DNA of 64,000 nucleotides from Antedon mediterranea (taxonomy: Eukaryota > Animalia > Echinodermata). Position numbers and translations under genes: made by a program. This document shows positions 45,201 through 57,200 of the stretch, piece after piece. Position 1 is the stretch's first letter. Every line of letters begins with the position of its first letter. The notes beneath the pieces are model-generated. The model was not told the origin of the DNA. It was given only the letters and a program-made list of their open reading frames with translations, and searched no databases. The stretch covers positions 1,758,101 through 1,822,100 of the forward strand of contig NC_092677.1 in assembly GCF_964355755.1 (NCBI RefSeq), in the 5' to 3' direction.

Positions 45201-48200
45201 GTGTTGATCATGAACCAACACGGAGAACAGTCTTGTACATCACCCAGTATAAAAGAATAGTTTATTTTACCTAATAGTAATACTGACTTTCTTGGAAGCC
45301 AAATGCAGAGAGCATCTATTGATTATGATTAATACTATTTCCACAGAGGAGGCAGAATCAGTGATAGCTGCTCAGCTGGTTATTTCTGTTTAAGTGGTAG
45401 TTATGAGTTTACACCAGATAACAACTCAACAAACCCAGACCAGGACCAATGTCCAGTCAATACCATGTGTGCCGGTCCGTGCCCAGCTGGCTACTACTGT
45501 CCTGAAGGAATTGAAGATCCAATTCCTTGTCCGAACATCACGCTGAGAGACACAGATGGAGCAAGTCAACGTTCAGAGTGTGTTGAGTGTCCAGCTGGTT
45601 CCATGTGTTTACAAGGTATTTGTGATAAAAACAAAAAGCATTCTGCCTGTCAAAGGTTGTCTCTCAGCCTCTATCACCAAATATGGTATTTAAAACAGAA
45701 TGTTGTTATAATTTGTAGCCATAAAGGAAGTATTTCTGCTTTATTTTCATTTTTAGGAGACCCTATGGAGTACGGATGCCCATTGGGACATTACTGTGAA
45801 CTAGGCATGGCACCTCAAGAGTGCCCTCTGTACCACTACAGAGATGATGAAGGTGCAGCGAGTGAAGGGGACTGCTACAATTGCCAGCCTGGTTACTTCT
45901 GCAATGAGACAGGTGAGAATCAGCAACAGATTTTTATTTAGATATATTTAAGTTTCATGTATTAAGCTCTATCTACACTATCAAACTTTATGGGACAAGA
46001 AAATTTGATGTCCCCATATATGGACACGATGACATATCACTAACATATATGGGCACATCACATTTTTTATCACATGAAATTTGATAGTGTAGACAGAGCT
46101 TTTATGTTGGTATCAGTATAATCCCACCTGCTACCTTTACAATTATTAAATGTGTAGATTAGTATTCAAAGATAAAATATGCTTATTGTATTCAACCAGG
46201 TATGACCAATACGACCTTTACACCATGTCCAGTTGCTCACTACTGTTTGGAAGCTACCGAAGAACCAGTACCATGTACTGGTGGACGTATGAGTACCACC
46301 GAGGGTCGCACAAGCAATGAAGACTGTCCTCTATGTACACCTGGATTTTACTGTCCCAACGATACAATTAACGTGCATGGAATTCCTTGTAGACCAACTT
46401 ACGAATGTCCAGAAGGTAACTATGTTTCCCATCATAATTTATGCTAACATAGGTTTTGTTACCTAATCAAATTTGGGAGGGGAGAAGAAGCATAAGATAA
46501 TGAAAACTGCTGTGGTCAAGTATACTTTTAAGTTTTTAGAAATTAATTATTGACTATTATTTTAATTCTGTAAATACTAAATTTATTCTTATAGGAGCAT
46601 CCATCGAAGTTGGTTGTCGTGGTGGTCATTATTGTGAGGGAGAGACCGGTGAACCACCAATTTGTCCTGAGGGTTACTACTGTCCACTTAGATCAAGCGC
46701 TCCAACAATGTAAATATTGTACAGTTTGAAAAGTATTCAGATAGTTGTTGTAGATGATCATAATAATATATTTTAAATAAACTTTTGCATCAGGTGTACA
46801 TAGACAATATTAATTTCTCTCTTTTAAATGCTATTTACATTTGCACTGTAATGTAACTTTTTTTATATAGTTGTGAGTATCCTGAGTATTGTCCAGAAGG
46901 AAGTGAAGTACCATTAACCTGTCCTTTGGGATACAAAGCAGTTGATCATGCTGGCAAACGTTATATGGATACAGTCTCTTGTAACATATGTCCTGCAGGA
47001 TTCTATGGAAATCATTCAGAAAGGCTGACATGTGACATCTGTCCTGAGGGATATTTTTGCCCAGCTGGTAAGAGTTGCATTGTAATCTTTCTATTTTTTT
47101 ATGGTCACAGTCTTGGTTGGGACATCCCACCTATAAAACCAATCCATTATATACTGGATTCACAAGCCTCAGAAACACCTTTGTTTATTTAAGTTCTATA
47201 TACTTGTTCTTATGTAAAAGGGTCCTACAAAAAAACGAAGCTATAGCTTTTTTATGCAGGATCCCTGTTCTCAGTTGTACTGTAATTATGATGTACTGTA
47301 ATTGATGACTAAATAAATGTGGAATAAATGAAATGAAAATAGTCCCAGAGCACCATTTAGAAGTTTCTTCCAATCTGAAATCTTCTCATTTATTTATCAA
47401 AGTTATGTGAAGGCTACACACATAGGCATCTCAGCTATAGAATACCAACAGAATGTAATGTAGTAGTAGCAGATTGTTGATTTTGATAATATAGAAAGTA
47501 ATTTAAGTAAATTAAAAATTGTTTGTGTTTCAGGAACTGGCGATCCCACAAATAATCCATGTCCCGTAGGGTATTATTGCCCAGCAGAATCAGGAGAGGC
47601 CATAGCTTGTCCTACTGGCAAATATGGTAACATTGTGAAAGCTTATAGCGCAGATCAATGTGCAGATTGCCCTGTTAACACATTTAACAACATGGTAGGA
47701 CAAAAGGCATGTAGGCCTTGTGGAAGTTCATCTACAGCTGAGGAAGGTATGAAGGAACAATGACTTCTTATTATAATGATAAATATACAGTATCCCTTAG
47801 TAGTTGTTAAAATGAAAACATAGACTTTTGATGGATCCAATCTAGCAGATATTTTAGCTTCAGTTTCACAAGCTATCATAAAAAGTAGCAAACATCTTAT
47901 TTTGTCTACAAAGCTTTCTATAAAACATTTTCACCACTATCACTTAATAGAGGTAATGTCACACAGCACACATTGTAAATGTAATTATAATCATCCCCAA
48001 TCTTAACTGGAAACTGATGGCCTAAACACTACATCTGGTATACATATCTTCACCCAGTTGTTATATGGATACACTGGAAGTAACCAACAAGCCTGGTGTT
48101 CATTTTCACATCTACTACATGCTACGAAAACTGAAGATAGGTTATATACTACAAGACTTACATTATACCATCATTACAATTGATAATACTGCACTTTTTT

Positions 48201-51200
48201 TCTAAAATGTAGGAAAATCTGTATGCACCTGTATGGGTAAATACCGCTCGTTCCAGACTCAAGATGGCTCATGCGTTTGTCAGTCAGGATATTTATTCTA
48301 TGATGAGATAGATCAGCCACAAACAGATGAAAACAGCGGTGATGATTGTCAACCAATAGTAGATGAGCGATGTGATCTAAACCAGGTTCGAGATGCAAGC
48401 ACTCGCAAGTGTATTGACCCAGCGACGTATGACTGTACCGTGAGTTGTCCAGAGTCAGATGGAACATTCAATAATGTCCTTGGAAGGTTAGTGTTTATTA
48501 CTTTTAACAGCTTTTCCACTACAAAATATCTAACTTTTTCAACACTATCCCTAAAAATTGTTACTTGTATAGTTGTGTAGTACTAGCATTAACAAGTTTT
48601 TAGTTAATGTGAAGACTTAGGGTGTTAAGGGACCACCAAAAATGTCTTCAAAAGTAGTCTTATTCTTCCATTTCATAATCCATTCACTGCAAATATAATT
48701 TTCACAGCATTTTATCATTACTTTTGTATGAGTAACTATTGCAAAATAAAAGTTGTTACTTGTGTCACTTTAACCCACGATCACCATATTACTGATTTTT
48801 AATCGTACATCTAGACCACCAAGTTCACACTTAATATCTACAGTGCGATTTAACTAAAAGTTAAAACTATTGTTATTTTTTCAAGGTGTGACTGTGGGAC
48901 ATACACAGATCCTCTAGAAATATGCAATAAGGCATGCATGAATACCAAACCAAGCATAACAGGCACACTAAACAGCAACGGTCAGCTTGTACTTACTACA
49001 GTATCAAGCGATGGTTCCACAACATCAGAGGTAATATTGATTACTCTTCCCTTAACTATTGCAGTTAACATACAAACATTCCTTTCCTTCTCACATGATA
49101 CTTGATATAGATAGATAGACATATGTGATAATCTTTGAAATTCTTGCTGTTACAGCTGGTTGCAAATGTGATTGGTCCAAGCGTCCACACCTCTGGATCT
49201 AAGAATACCGAAATGGCGACCTTTGGTATAACAGGAGTTGTTGGTCATATCATTACAGACTCAAATGAGGTTATTCAAATTCTTATAGGTAAGCTTTCTT
49301 CTAGAATTATACCGCATTCGATCTGTGAAGTTCTTGTAGCCTACAATTTTTACTGATATGTTATCCAAATGTTTCAATTGTATCTAATTTTCTTTCAATA
49401 TCATATAACTTCGTCCACCACACACATTTATTTTTATAAATTTGATTGTGCCAAATTTTATACACGGGATGATGTCACTAGAATTTAAAAAAAGTAGTTT
49501 ATTTATGTTTATGTTTTTGTTTTTATGACCAATAGGAGAAGCTGAAACAACAACAATAACGTATGATACAACACCATTCTACTCCAACAGTACGATAGCA
49601 CGTCGTCGTCTGCTAGTTGCGGAATCCGCTTCTGGTGTTCCTGGTATTGCAAACCCAATCTTTTGTTTGGAACTTGAAGAAATGCTGGTTTTCAAGTTGA
49701 CAATAGATGACACTAATCGCTCTCTTAGCAACTATCCAGTTTACATTAAAGACCATCTGTTCAATACAAACCCAATGTTTGACTATAGTGAATTCCGTGA
49801 CTTGAAATTCTACGTGGAGAATACAAACGTCTCCATAAATGCATTTGCCCATGTTTTCACGGAATCAGGACAGTACGTCTTTGCAGACGCACAAGAGATT
49901 CAAAGGGAACTGATTGTCTCTGTTCAAGAAGAAGGCCAGACATGTCCTGATGGACTTTCAAAGGTGTTACCATCAGATAAGATCTATCTGACAGAGCTAG
50001 GTATTGGTAAAAGTGATGCAGAGAATGAGGAACCTGACTGGGGACTTATTATTGGTGAGCACCTTGTGTTTGTCTATCCCAACTAGATTGCATCCATCAC
50101 AATTCTAGTTGGTACTTCATGTTACACATACATATATTATATCCACTGAAATATAATTTAATCAAATATTCAAACACCAAGTTAAAATTAATGTTTTCCT
50201 GTAAGATCTGTCTACACTATCAAAAATTGACAGAGCTTTAAGAGTATTTGTATCTTATCTTTTATTTAGGTATGCTCGCCTTCTTGTTTGCCTGTGTGGT
50301 TATGCTTGTTGTTGCCGTTATTGTCTGGCGCCCTCAAAATGCTGGAATATACCCAATGAAGATGTGGAAACCAAGGTACAGAAACCTTGGCGCTCCTCAA
50401 AGACTTCCAAACTACTTGCAATACCAGGATTACGACCGGTAAGAGGACATCCTTTTTCCTTTCTTTTTTGTCATACTGTGTTGATCTCATTCAAAATTTA
50501 TTTTAAATAATGATTAATTTTTTTAATTTGATTGATCCCGTTAATAATTTCACATTTACTGTATATGATCATGAGGATCTTCTTATTTAAAGAGTTATCT
50601 TCTGCTATGTCATATTTTGTTTACTGTAATTTTAAGATATATTGAGTAATGTGTAAATGTATTGTTCTTTGAGATAGAAAACAAACATCATCAATGTATT
50701 ATTACTTTTGTTACAGAGAGGCAATTCTTCTTGGACCTCGAATTGTTGAAGGTTCTGAAGGCAAAGCTGCGGGAGGCAACCAGAGTGAAACTCTAGAGGA
50801 TTTCAATGTACGAACTCTCTTTGACAAGTTAGAAGATCAATCCTTATACTTATCTCAACAACTCAGTAAACACCAAGATGACATGCGTAGCTTTTATGAA
50901 CGTATGAGCCAACAGACAGATGGGCTTAAAGTAATGCTGAATAACTTTGATGTTTCGGTGCTGGAGGCTGGTGGTAAGGCCAAGCAAAAACGACGTCGCA
51001 GAGGCTCAGGAAGCAGCAGTAGCAGCAGCTCAGATGATGAGGGTCCAACAGTTGTCAACGCCAAGATTAACAGACAATTCCATGTTCAAGGTAGGCCTAG
51101 AAATATTTAATATGACCTAGATATAATTATTGCAGGCCTTGATATGTTTAATGTAGACATAGATATACTTAATAGGGCCTGCTGTAGATATAATTAATGT

Positions 51201-54200
51201 AGGCCTAGAAATGTCTAATTTTGATTTGGATTGTTAAAATGATGCTGTGCCTAAATACTATTAAACATGTTATTATATTTTAGGTTCAAAATCACGTGAA
51301 ACAGAGTTAATGGATGCCTTAAGAATTCTTATTGATAAGCTGAACTCAGGACAGTTTAACATCACTCCAGAGATGATGAATAAAGCTTCTTCAAAGGGAA
51401 CCAAAGTCATTTCTGGAAACCTTCTTAGTCGACAAAATGCTGAACGACTTCAACTTGAAAGAGAGCTTGTGGAAGATGAACAAAAGCAGATGGACACATT
51501 GTTGCAGGAACATGTATGATAATTTATAATCATTGAAATAAAAAAGAAACTAGAAATAAATGTTCACAGATTTAATTTAAGTTATAGTGGAGCATAATTA
51601 ACAATTTATTAACCAATTAACTGCATAGAGAACAGCCTTTTAACAAGTTGTAGTTGAGCTATAGTATATTTGAAATGTTTATCTTCCAATCCCATAGTCC
51701 AGAGTTCAATTCTCACTTCATGTCAGGGTTATGACTCACACATCTTTCTATTCCACTCTCTGAGCCTCAATTGAAACACAGTAAATTAGAATTTGCCCAT
51801 CCTTTAATTGGTGAGTTTCTCACTGTTACAGTGAACATAGGACACTTATTAAATAAATACATATTATTTGTGTTTCAGGAGAAAGAAAGGCAGGAAATAA
51901 TCACAAGAATGAATGCGAGATTGACATCAGAATTGGAAGGAGATTTGAGCCAGGAAGAGGTGGAGGCAGTGATGTCACGCCACGAGAAGGCCCTGTCCAA
52001 TGCACTGGACAGACTTGATCATAAGAAAGAAAAACAAATGTATGATTTACAGCAGAAACTAGCACAAAGGAGAATGGCCAAAGAAATGGCACTGAGAAAA
52101 CGGCACCAACAAGAGGTAAGAACAACGGCATTAGAATTTTAAATCAGGTTGATCATCTTGTAAATATGTGACTCCACATTGTTTTGTACTTCGTAATTGT
52201 TATAGTCACTTTAAATTATAATGCAATACAACTACACATGCTGGATTCAATCCATACATTCCACTTGAAATGTGGATCTTGTTAGTTCATTTTGGTTTAT
52301 TTCCTGCGTTATAACTTTATTTCCATTATATCTTATTTTCTTTAGGCTGAGGAAGCTGGACTGCCACCATTAGAAGTAATGAGACTTTCAAACGCAGGCC
52401 AAATAAAGACGCATGAATTGACTCTTGGGATTGGTCTATCAGAAGCATCTACCGCCCTATCTAAAGCTCAGATGCAAGCCAACGAGGAGCAATCTAATGA
52501 AGAACTTTACAAATACTCGGAGAATATGTCAACTGCTATTGTACGCAATATTTTTTTTTATCTTCAAAATTAAATTACTTCATATTATATCCCATTCCTA
52601 ACTCTGGAGTTTACATACTCCGAAGTGCACACCTTACAAAAACGCCTGTGTTGACGCCCGCTTTGTGTGTAAATGCAGTTCGATTTGAAAGGAGTATTAG
52701 TATGTCCTCTGCATAAGTAAATTTGAACCATATACATATACTATATTGTATCTTTCATTTGAACAGGATTCTATTGTCCAAACTGGTGGTCTTGATGCCA
52801 GTGCAGCACAAGACTTAAGCAAGGAACAGTTTGATTCTGAGAGAGCTATTAAGCAACGGATGGATAAACGCAGAATAGATCATACTTCTATCTTGAAGTC
52901 CCGTATGGCTCAAAGGCGACGGAATAAAATCAGGAAAATAAAGAACAAACAAGAAGCTGAAATGGACAAGGTAAGGTTCTATGTTATACATCCTGTATTA
53001 AAATATTTGAATTAAAAAAAATTGAAGGAAATGGGATGTAAGTATGTTACTTTTACTGTCATATAACTGTGCTGTGTAAGAGGGGAGAGCAAGCAACTAC
53101 ACAGAAGGTCACTGTAAAGTATGTTCTGCATTCACCCTTTAAAGCTTTGTCTACACTATCAAACTTTATGTGATGTTCCCATATATGTACACGATGATGT
53201 CATATCACTACCATATATGGGCACATCATACTTTTTTATTTCAAACTAGTTTGATAGTGTAGACAATGCCTTTACAATTGCTTCTTTTCTTGATAGCTTG
53301 GAGATTTAACTGCTGAGGAGGTCCGTGAGATAGAGGTTCGCAACCAGAAAGAAATTGAAGCATTGGAGGCCAAACTTGATGCTGAAGAAAACCAGCAAAT
53401 AATGGATATCAATAAACAAATTAATGAAGAACAGAGCAAAGAAATCAAGAAAGCTCACAGAGATATTCTGCAGAAGGTGAGCATATTGTTTAGAAGAATA
53501 ATTCAATTTGCAGTAAAATCATATATAGAAGTAAAGAAGAAGACATTTATTTTGGAGTCAATTTATCCATTAGAAAACATATATAAAAGTAAATTAGAAG
53601 AAATTAAATTAAAAAATGTTGGCTCATCTGAATAACATTTGGACTGTTAAAGAAAAAAAAATTGCTTTTAAGGATAAAAATGTGCAAACTATGTTTTATT
53701 TTGTAGGCATCATCAACTCACAACGTTGATCAAGTATTAACACATCAGTTGATGGACCAGATGAGACGAGACAACGAAAGCATTCATTATGAACTTGGTG
53801 TCCAACGAGATCGACAGGAGTCTGAGCTTAAGGCCAAAATCCAGAGCAGGCAACAGCGCCGACAGAAGGACTTCCAGAGGATAGCTGAAGAAGAAGCAGC
53901 ACAGAGGTTCTTGACAGAGCAACAGAAGCAGGTTCATCAAGATGATGTAAATCTGACATCAGGATTGCAAGTGAATATGAATGACCTCTCTATTGAGGAA
54001 CAGGTAAATCCCAAGCGCTTTATTAGTTTGGCTAATTTGGCCAATATACTTAATAATAATGTGTCTTGTAAATGAAAAATTGTTATCTTTATTAGTATTT
54101 TGATATACATTTACTATTATCATAATTCAAAAACAATCAAATAAATTAATATTTGTTATTATCCAAGGCTGTTGTACGAGAACACCAAAGAGTACAAGAA

Positions 54201-57200
54201 GAAATGACGGAAAGGCATGAAGAAGAAAAGAAGACATTTAAGAAGAAACTTGAAGAGGAAGGAAAACAAAAACAAGAAGCTGATCTTCGAAGAATGGATA
54301 GTGAAAGGATGAAGGTAATCACAGAAAAGAAGAATAAACAGGCTGCTGAGATCACAGCAAGAACAGACTTATCAGACGAGGAAATGCAACAGGTAAGCTT
54401 AAGCTCTGTCTACACTATCAAATTTTATGTGACAAAATGTAATGTGCCCATATATGGACATGATGATGTCATACCACTACCATATTTGGAAATATCACTA
54501 CCATATTTGGGCACATCACACTTTTTTTTGTCAAAGTTTGATTGTTCTCTCTTTTATCCATTACTATCAAGTTATAAATTGTCTTCTGGTCTTTTTTAGA
54601 CAGTCTCTTAAAATACAATTGGTTTTATCTTTTTGTTTAGCTTCTGACTGCTCATGCTCGTGAAATTGAAGATCTAGAAGACAAATTAGATGGAGAACGA
54701 TCTCGACAACAGCTTCAACTTCGAGACAAACTTGCAAAACGTCGTAAACAACTAGAGCTAGAACAAAAACGAAAACATGAAGTAGAACTTGCAAAAGAAT
54801 TGTTAGAACAGAAAAAAGAATTGGCAGACGTGCGCTCAGCTGTCGTTAAAGATAAAGAGAAGAAGGAAATCATAGAAGGAATTCAAGGAAGCGGTGGACA
54901 AAATTCAGAAAAAATTATCAAATCAGTAAGTCAGAAATAATCCAGTTTAACAGTTATTAATACGTTTGTTGATAACCAAGCTGCAAACAAATTGTTTAAA
55001 TAAAATAATTATTATTAAATAAATTATTATTATTTTCAGGTACTTGATAAACGACATCATCTAGAATTAAATGACCTAGATGGTCAATTTGAAGCAGAGC
55101 GTAAGGTAGCAGTAGAGGGCGCTTTATCAAAATTACATGACAAGTATCATTCCAAACGAGAGTTGATGATACACCGACATGAAAAGGAGCTTGCAGATCT
55201 CGCTAAAGAAGGTTTGTCACCTGAGGAGCTTCAGCAACGCCGAGCATCTCTCCTTAACAAGCAACAGCTAGAGATGAGTCAACTAGAAAAAGAACTATCG
55301 GCCGAGAAATTACAGATAGAACAGGGCGCCCTCTCTGACTGGGAGCTAAGATATGCTCGTGCTAAACTTGAAATGAAAGAACGTCACTATCAAGAATACG
55401 CAGATGCTCTGAGGGAGTTTTCAGGAGATCAAAGTGTGAACCAATTAGTTTCAGCAGAACAAGCTCAAAAGGCTGCAGAAGATCTGGATGATCTTAAATC
55501 AAAACTTGAAAGAGAGAGGTTGGAAAATGAAGAGAAGTTACTCAAGGAGAAAGAGGGTAAAACAATTGATTATTTACTAGTTATGTTACTATAAAAGGCT
55601 GCATAATATCCTGTAGAGAATTGTCTATTTAAGATCTTGAAATAAAGTTAATTAGTCAATGTATATCAAACTTTTATTTTCAGATTTTGAAAAGGCCGAA
55701 AAGAAACGCATGGCAAAAGAACTTTCTGAATTTGAAAAACGATTACAAGAAGAAGAAAAGAAAGAAAAACAACGACATGAGAAAAATCTTACTTCATTGA
55801 ACAAGCGTAAAGAGCAGCTTGTAGAGGAGAAGAAACAAAAACATCTGGTATGAAAATTACGACATCACTTTACACTTTCAAAAGAATGTCTATATAAATG
55901 CTAGTTTGCTAAATTCAAAACATGGTTAAACTGATTTTGTTCTTGATTGTTTTATAGGAGAAACTAGAAGCAATGAAAAAAGAAGGTTGTTCAAAAGAAG
56001 AACAAGAACGATTAATTGAAGAGTACGAACATGATGTGGCAAAACTGAAGCAAAAACTGGATGAAGACCGTATGAGGATGCAGAGCTCACTCCAGGAAAG
56101 ACTGAAGAAGAAACGAGATGAGAAGTTGAAGGCTAAGAAAGAGAATGTACAACTGCAAATGAAATCAAACATTGAAGACCACAATGAAGAGTTAAAGATG
56201 GAGGAAGAGAGACTAAAAGCTGATGAGGTAACAATCATATTTAGTGTTTACTGTATAAAGTACCACTTAAACAGTCCAAAGGTCATTGCAAGCCAGACTG
56301 AATTAAACTCAGTAGCTTTAATAGAAGCCTATACCCCATCCAGAAATCTGTACCCTACTCAGAAGCCAATACCCTACCCAGTAATGTTGATATGTTCTAT
56401 GCAACCAACACACCCATCAATGATATGTATCAGCCATTTAATTAAATATTCTTAATCCAAAACTGATTTGTGTTTTATTTGATTGACAGGTTCTGACATT
56501 GAAAGAAAGTGTGAACATCGATCATCTTCTCTCAACTGCAGAGGAACCAGAAGGAGTGGCAATGCCAAACTCTTACGCTATGGCAGCAGCCATGAGTGAT
56601 GAAGATCTTACAAACCTTCTGATGGCATCTCCTCTCTACCGCAAGATGGAAGAAATCAAAAGCATGATGAAAAATGGAGGACTTCTTCCAAAGAAAGATA
56701 AGAGTAAGTATTACTTAGACGGCAGCCTGCCGTATTTTATTGTTCATATATTTATAGACAGCACATAATCTTGAATGAAAGCTGCTATTACCTTCCTTTT
56801 ATTTTGCAAGACAAACCAGGTATTTCAAATTAATATTTATGTTTCTTTTTCTCCACAGCTCAATTCCTTGATGAGCGTGACCAAGAATGGGTAGGTGACA
56901 CTGAGCTCGTCCCAGTTGACCTCAACAAGCTCACCGGACGTACATTTGTTATTTACAAATTTGGTGTCTTCATTTCTAAGTTAGTTGCCACAAACTGTGG
57001 ACATCAACCAGTTACTCTTCTCCTAGCCGAGAAGATTCCCAACAACCCTAACTTGACTAAGAATGCTTACAGGAACTCATACCACTTTGATGATGTGAAC
57101 CAGATTCTGTATATGAGACTCAACAGACTAGATTTTGTTGGTGATTTTGTACTGGTGCTTGTGCATGCTCTGGCACATATCAAGATAGGTAGGTATTTTA

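Noticed and set aside
1-47746. Assignment to Notch/MEGF/laminin/fibrillin/SCUBE/zonadhesin
   Set aside because: Cys spacing is GCC2/GCC3-type rather than EGF, and no CUB, VWD or ankyrin segments are visible in the window; no gene symbol is justified.
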